Shown here piece by piece: positions 61,842-64,000 of a stretch of DNA of 64,000 bases. Both the position numbers and the translations under genes were made by a program. The stretch covers positions 32,001 to 96,000 of the forward strand of contig OY969724.1 in assembly GCA_963702205.1 (NCBI GenBank). The letters run 5' to 3'. Position 1 is the first letter of the stretch. Each line of letters starts with the position of its first letter. The DNA comes from an uncultured candidate division Zixibacteria bacterium. Its GTDB lineage: Bacteria; Zixibacteria; MSB-5A5; GN15; PGXB01. The notes beneath the pieces are model-generated. The model worked only from the letters and a program-made list of their open reading frames with translations. It did no database searches and was not told the DNA's origin.

Positions 61842-62121
61842 TGCTGGAAAAGCAGAATAAAAAAAAAGGCCATAGTGACAGAGGGAAGTCAGTTACCAAT
61901 AACATGTAACTCAAGGGCGCGAGAATTGATCTGAATATTTTCAGGAGTTAAAACAAAGCCATTTAATAAATCCGGATATTCCTGTTTCCGGAAATTCTTT
62001 GAAAATAAAATCAAATTAATATAAATCCAAAAACATAGTTTTCAAAAAGCGTCAAATCTTTAAAATCAGTAATTGAAAGTAAGCAGTCAAAAACAAACTA
62101 AACAGGTTGGCGGCAGCCAAC
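61836..62121 (+). other. ORF-less integron cassette body, copy 2
   Basis: No ORF of 60 aa or more; homologous to 59705-59979. Confidence 0.8.
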
Positions 62122-62247
62122 AATGGTATCTACTAAGACCGGGCTATTTTCTTTGCTTTTTATGTTTCGCCTTACAAGTATCAATTTTATAGGTTTTAAA
62201 TAGTTTATCGGTTTGCTCCGCCCGGCTTGTAATACCTGTCGTTCTGT
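62115..62247 (+). other. attC 11
   Basis: AGCCAAC..TACTAAGACCGGGC/GCCCGGCTTGTA..GTTCTGT. Confidence 0.88.
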
Positions 62248-62261
62248 GCAAAGAGAATTTA

Positions 62262-62540
62262 ATGGAAGTAACAAAAAAGAAAAAGAAGAGACGCGCTAAA
62301 GGTAAAAGTTGGGTAAAAGAATATAAAGGCAATAATATCCTTCATGACTACAAGCGCAAATTTAAAATACAATTAATTGCGGCAATTAATGATCTCCAGT
62401 CTTTAGGTGTTCATCTTAATGAAGCGGAGGCCGCTCGGATAAAACTTGAAAGACATTACAATGGTGAACAACAAATCAATAAGAAAACTCAGGAATATTT
62501 AAAATCTATTATTAGTGGGAATAATCGTGGCTTATACTGA
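62262..62540 (+). CDS. Cassette basic hypothetical protein
   Basis: ORF fills cassette between attC 11 and attC 12. Confidence 0.75.
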   Translation: MEVTKKKKKRRAKGKSWVKEYKGNNILHDYKRKFKIQLIAAINDLQSLGVHLNEAEAARIKLERHYNGEQQINKKTQEYLKSIISGNNRGLY

Positions 62541-62542
62541 GC

Positions 62543-62675
62543 ACAGAACAAACGCATTTACTAAGACCGGGCTTTTTTTTCGCCATTTTTTAAACATTTA
62601 TCAACTATAAACCTTCGTGCATTTAACATGGTCAGTTGGTATGCACCGCCCGGCTTGTAATGCACCACGTTATGC
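62543..62675 (+). other. attC 12
   Basis: ACAGAAC...GTTATGC. Confidence 0.88.
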
Positions 62676-62685
62676 TTTAGTAAAT

Positions 62686-63075
62686 ATGAAAATATTGATT
62701 AAAATTATAATAGCTATAGGTTGCATCGGTTTTCTTTTTGCAACTTGGTATGTAATAAATGTCATCAATACTTATGGTGAAAAAACTGCTGTTTTCAAAG
62801 CAGGTTGGACTAACTTGCCTAAAGGGGAAACAGGTGGAGATCGAATTATTCTTTATCAACATGACACAAACAATAAAATAATCGAACTAAGTATAGACAA
62901 TGAATTAAGAGAGTATTTAAACAATAAAAAAGGTGGAACTATAAATGTTGAGGTAAAAATGGGAGGTAGATGGTGGTCCTCTTGGACTTTAGTCCCTGCT
63001 ATTGATGGAAAGATATACACCTATAAAGATTTTACAGTTATTGATCGTGACTTTTTAAAAAAAATTAAAAAATAG
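62686..63075 (+). CDS. Cassette membrane-anchored hypothetical protein
   Basis: Start moved to ATG inside the cassette (MKILIKII); N-terminal TM. Confidence 0.75.
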   Translation: MKILIKIIIAIGCIGFLFATWYVINVINTYGEKTAVFKAGWTNLPKGETGGDRIILYQHDTNNKIIELSIDNELREYLNNKKGGTINVEVKMGGRWWSSWTLVPAIDGKIYTYKDFTVIDRDFLKKIKK

Positions 63076-63143
63076 CATAACCCGCCCTTCAACTATGACC
63101 GGGCGAAAAAACGCCGCCCGGCCTGTTAAGGGCACCGTTAAGT
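63075..63143 (+). other. attC 13 (short)
   Basis: GCATAAC...GTTAAGT; same family as attC 10. Confidence 0.88.
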
Positions 63144-63170
63144 TACCAAAGGTATCAGGAGAAAAATAAA

Positions 63171-63527
63171 ATGAAATATTTAAAATTCTTTATATCAATC
63201 CTCATACTGCTTTTTATCGTATCATGTGGAACATTACAAAAAAAAGCTGCGCTTGTTAATTATGGTGCCACCAAAGAAGATGTTATGAAAATTATGGGAC
63301 CTCCTGACGACCGTCAATTTAAAGGCAAAAATGAAGCTTGGCAATATTGTCAAACAGGTGCAGGGTTTGGATTCCATGATTATCGTATATTTTGGTTTTA
63401 CGATGGTAAGGTTACAGGAGTTAATTCATATAAAAGTACTCGTCCAGGCTCATCATGTGTTACAGACATTAAGCCCATAAATTGGGAAGATGCACCTGAT
63501 GTAACTGTCGAGGTTCGCGGTAGGTAA
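63171..63527 (+). CDS. Cassette lipoprotein, SmpA/BamE-like
   Basis: Lipobox IVSC; GATKEDVMKIMGPP...WQY pattern; AGGAG RBS. Confidence 0.78.
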   Translation: MKYLKFFISILILLFIVSCGTLQKKAALVNYGATKEDVMKIMGPPDDRQFKGKNEAWQYCQTGAGFGFHDYRIFWFYDGKVTGVNSYKSTRPGSSCVTDIKPINWEDAPDVTVEVRGR

Positions 63528-63659
63528 CTTAACAAGGGCATCTACTACGACCGTGCTATTTTTTCGCCTTTTTTAATCTATCTACCAGCTTTGAACCTTT
63601 AAGTATTTAACATGGTAAGTTGGTGTGAACCGCACGGCCTGTAATGCCGGTCGTTATGT
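63527..63659 (+). other. attC 14
   Basis: ACTTAAC..CCGTGC/GCACGG..GTTATGT. Confidence 0.88.
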
Positions 63660-63678
63660 TTTGTAGAGGGGATAGTAA

Positions 63679-63909
63679 ATGGTAAATGAAGGAGACCTTA
63701 AAAGTCACCTAGATATGTGGATGACAGACAACTGTAATAGGTACTTCCATGTACTGGATGACTTAGGGCTAATAGATAAGAAAAAGGCTGCGAAATTATC
63801 AAAGGAACTTCTAGAGAAAAGAAATGAAATGTTAGACAAATACATTCCATTCTTTATAGACGCAACTTTTAAACTTCTGGGGAAAGAAGCAGCCGATGAA
63901 AACACATAA
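63679..63909 (+). CDS. Cassette hypothetical protein
   Basis: GAGGGG RBS; stop codon lies in R''. Confidence 0.72.
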   Translation: MVNEGDLKSHLDMWMTDNCNRYFHVLDDLGLIDKKKAAKLSKELLEKRNEMLDKYIPFFIDATFKLLGKEAADENT

Positions 63910-63970
63910 CACGCTAATCTACCGGACCTGGCTGAAACGCTTGCCAGGCCGGTAATCAGCACCGTTATAG
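63904..63970 (+). other. attC 15 (short)
   Basis: ACATAAC..TACCGG.CCTGGC/GCCAGGCCGGTA..GTTATAG. Confidence 0.88.
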
Positions 63971-64000
63971 AAATAATATTTTAAAATAGCAAAATTGGAA

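Larger units (their letters stand above)
54282..64000. mobile_element. Integron with cassette array of at least 16 cassette units, continuing past window end
   Basis: intI divergent from AT-rich, co-oriented short ORFs separated by attC sites whose R'' boxes complement each cassette's own 5' GTT box. Confidence 0.95.

Noticed and set aside
56927..63970. Recurring repeats as a CRISPR array
   Set aside because: Units are 66-133-bp imperfect palindromes separated by gene-sized inserts beside an integron integrase; no cas genes are present.

Overview
Chromosomal window from an anaerobic bacterium, probably Desulfobacterota-like (inferred from gene content). Left to right: housekeeping genes (partial ispF, gmhA, selA, tRNA-His, adk); an arsenic-resistance/thiol-redox cluster (arsR, two thioredoxins, CcdA, Fe-S protein, acr3, arsC, ArsP-type permease) containing a probable selenocysteine octaheme cytochrome that the ORF track splits; a Crp/Fnr-FmdE-TauE-RND-porin operon behind a perfect FNR box; a MaeB homologue lacking key catalytic residues, downstream of a 1690-aa dikinase-like gene; the mercury-methylation pair hgcAB behind a MarR regulator; assorted metabolic and signalling genes, tex and prfC; and an integron (intI, attI, 15 attC sites plus one remnant) that runs off the right edge. 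Best leads: (i) two related ORF-less integron cassettes with conserved blocks and a GNRA hairpin over the attC R'' box, (ii) the selenoprotein multiheme cytochrome, (iii) the pseudo-MaeB plus giant dikinase pair, (iv) a ~550-bp nested-palindrome element after tRNA-His with a covarying second copy. Six genes carry single-base frameshifts, five of them at homopolymer runs, so these are probably sequencing errors. Product calls rest on motif recognition by eye; no database search was run.
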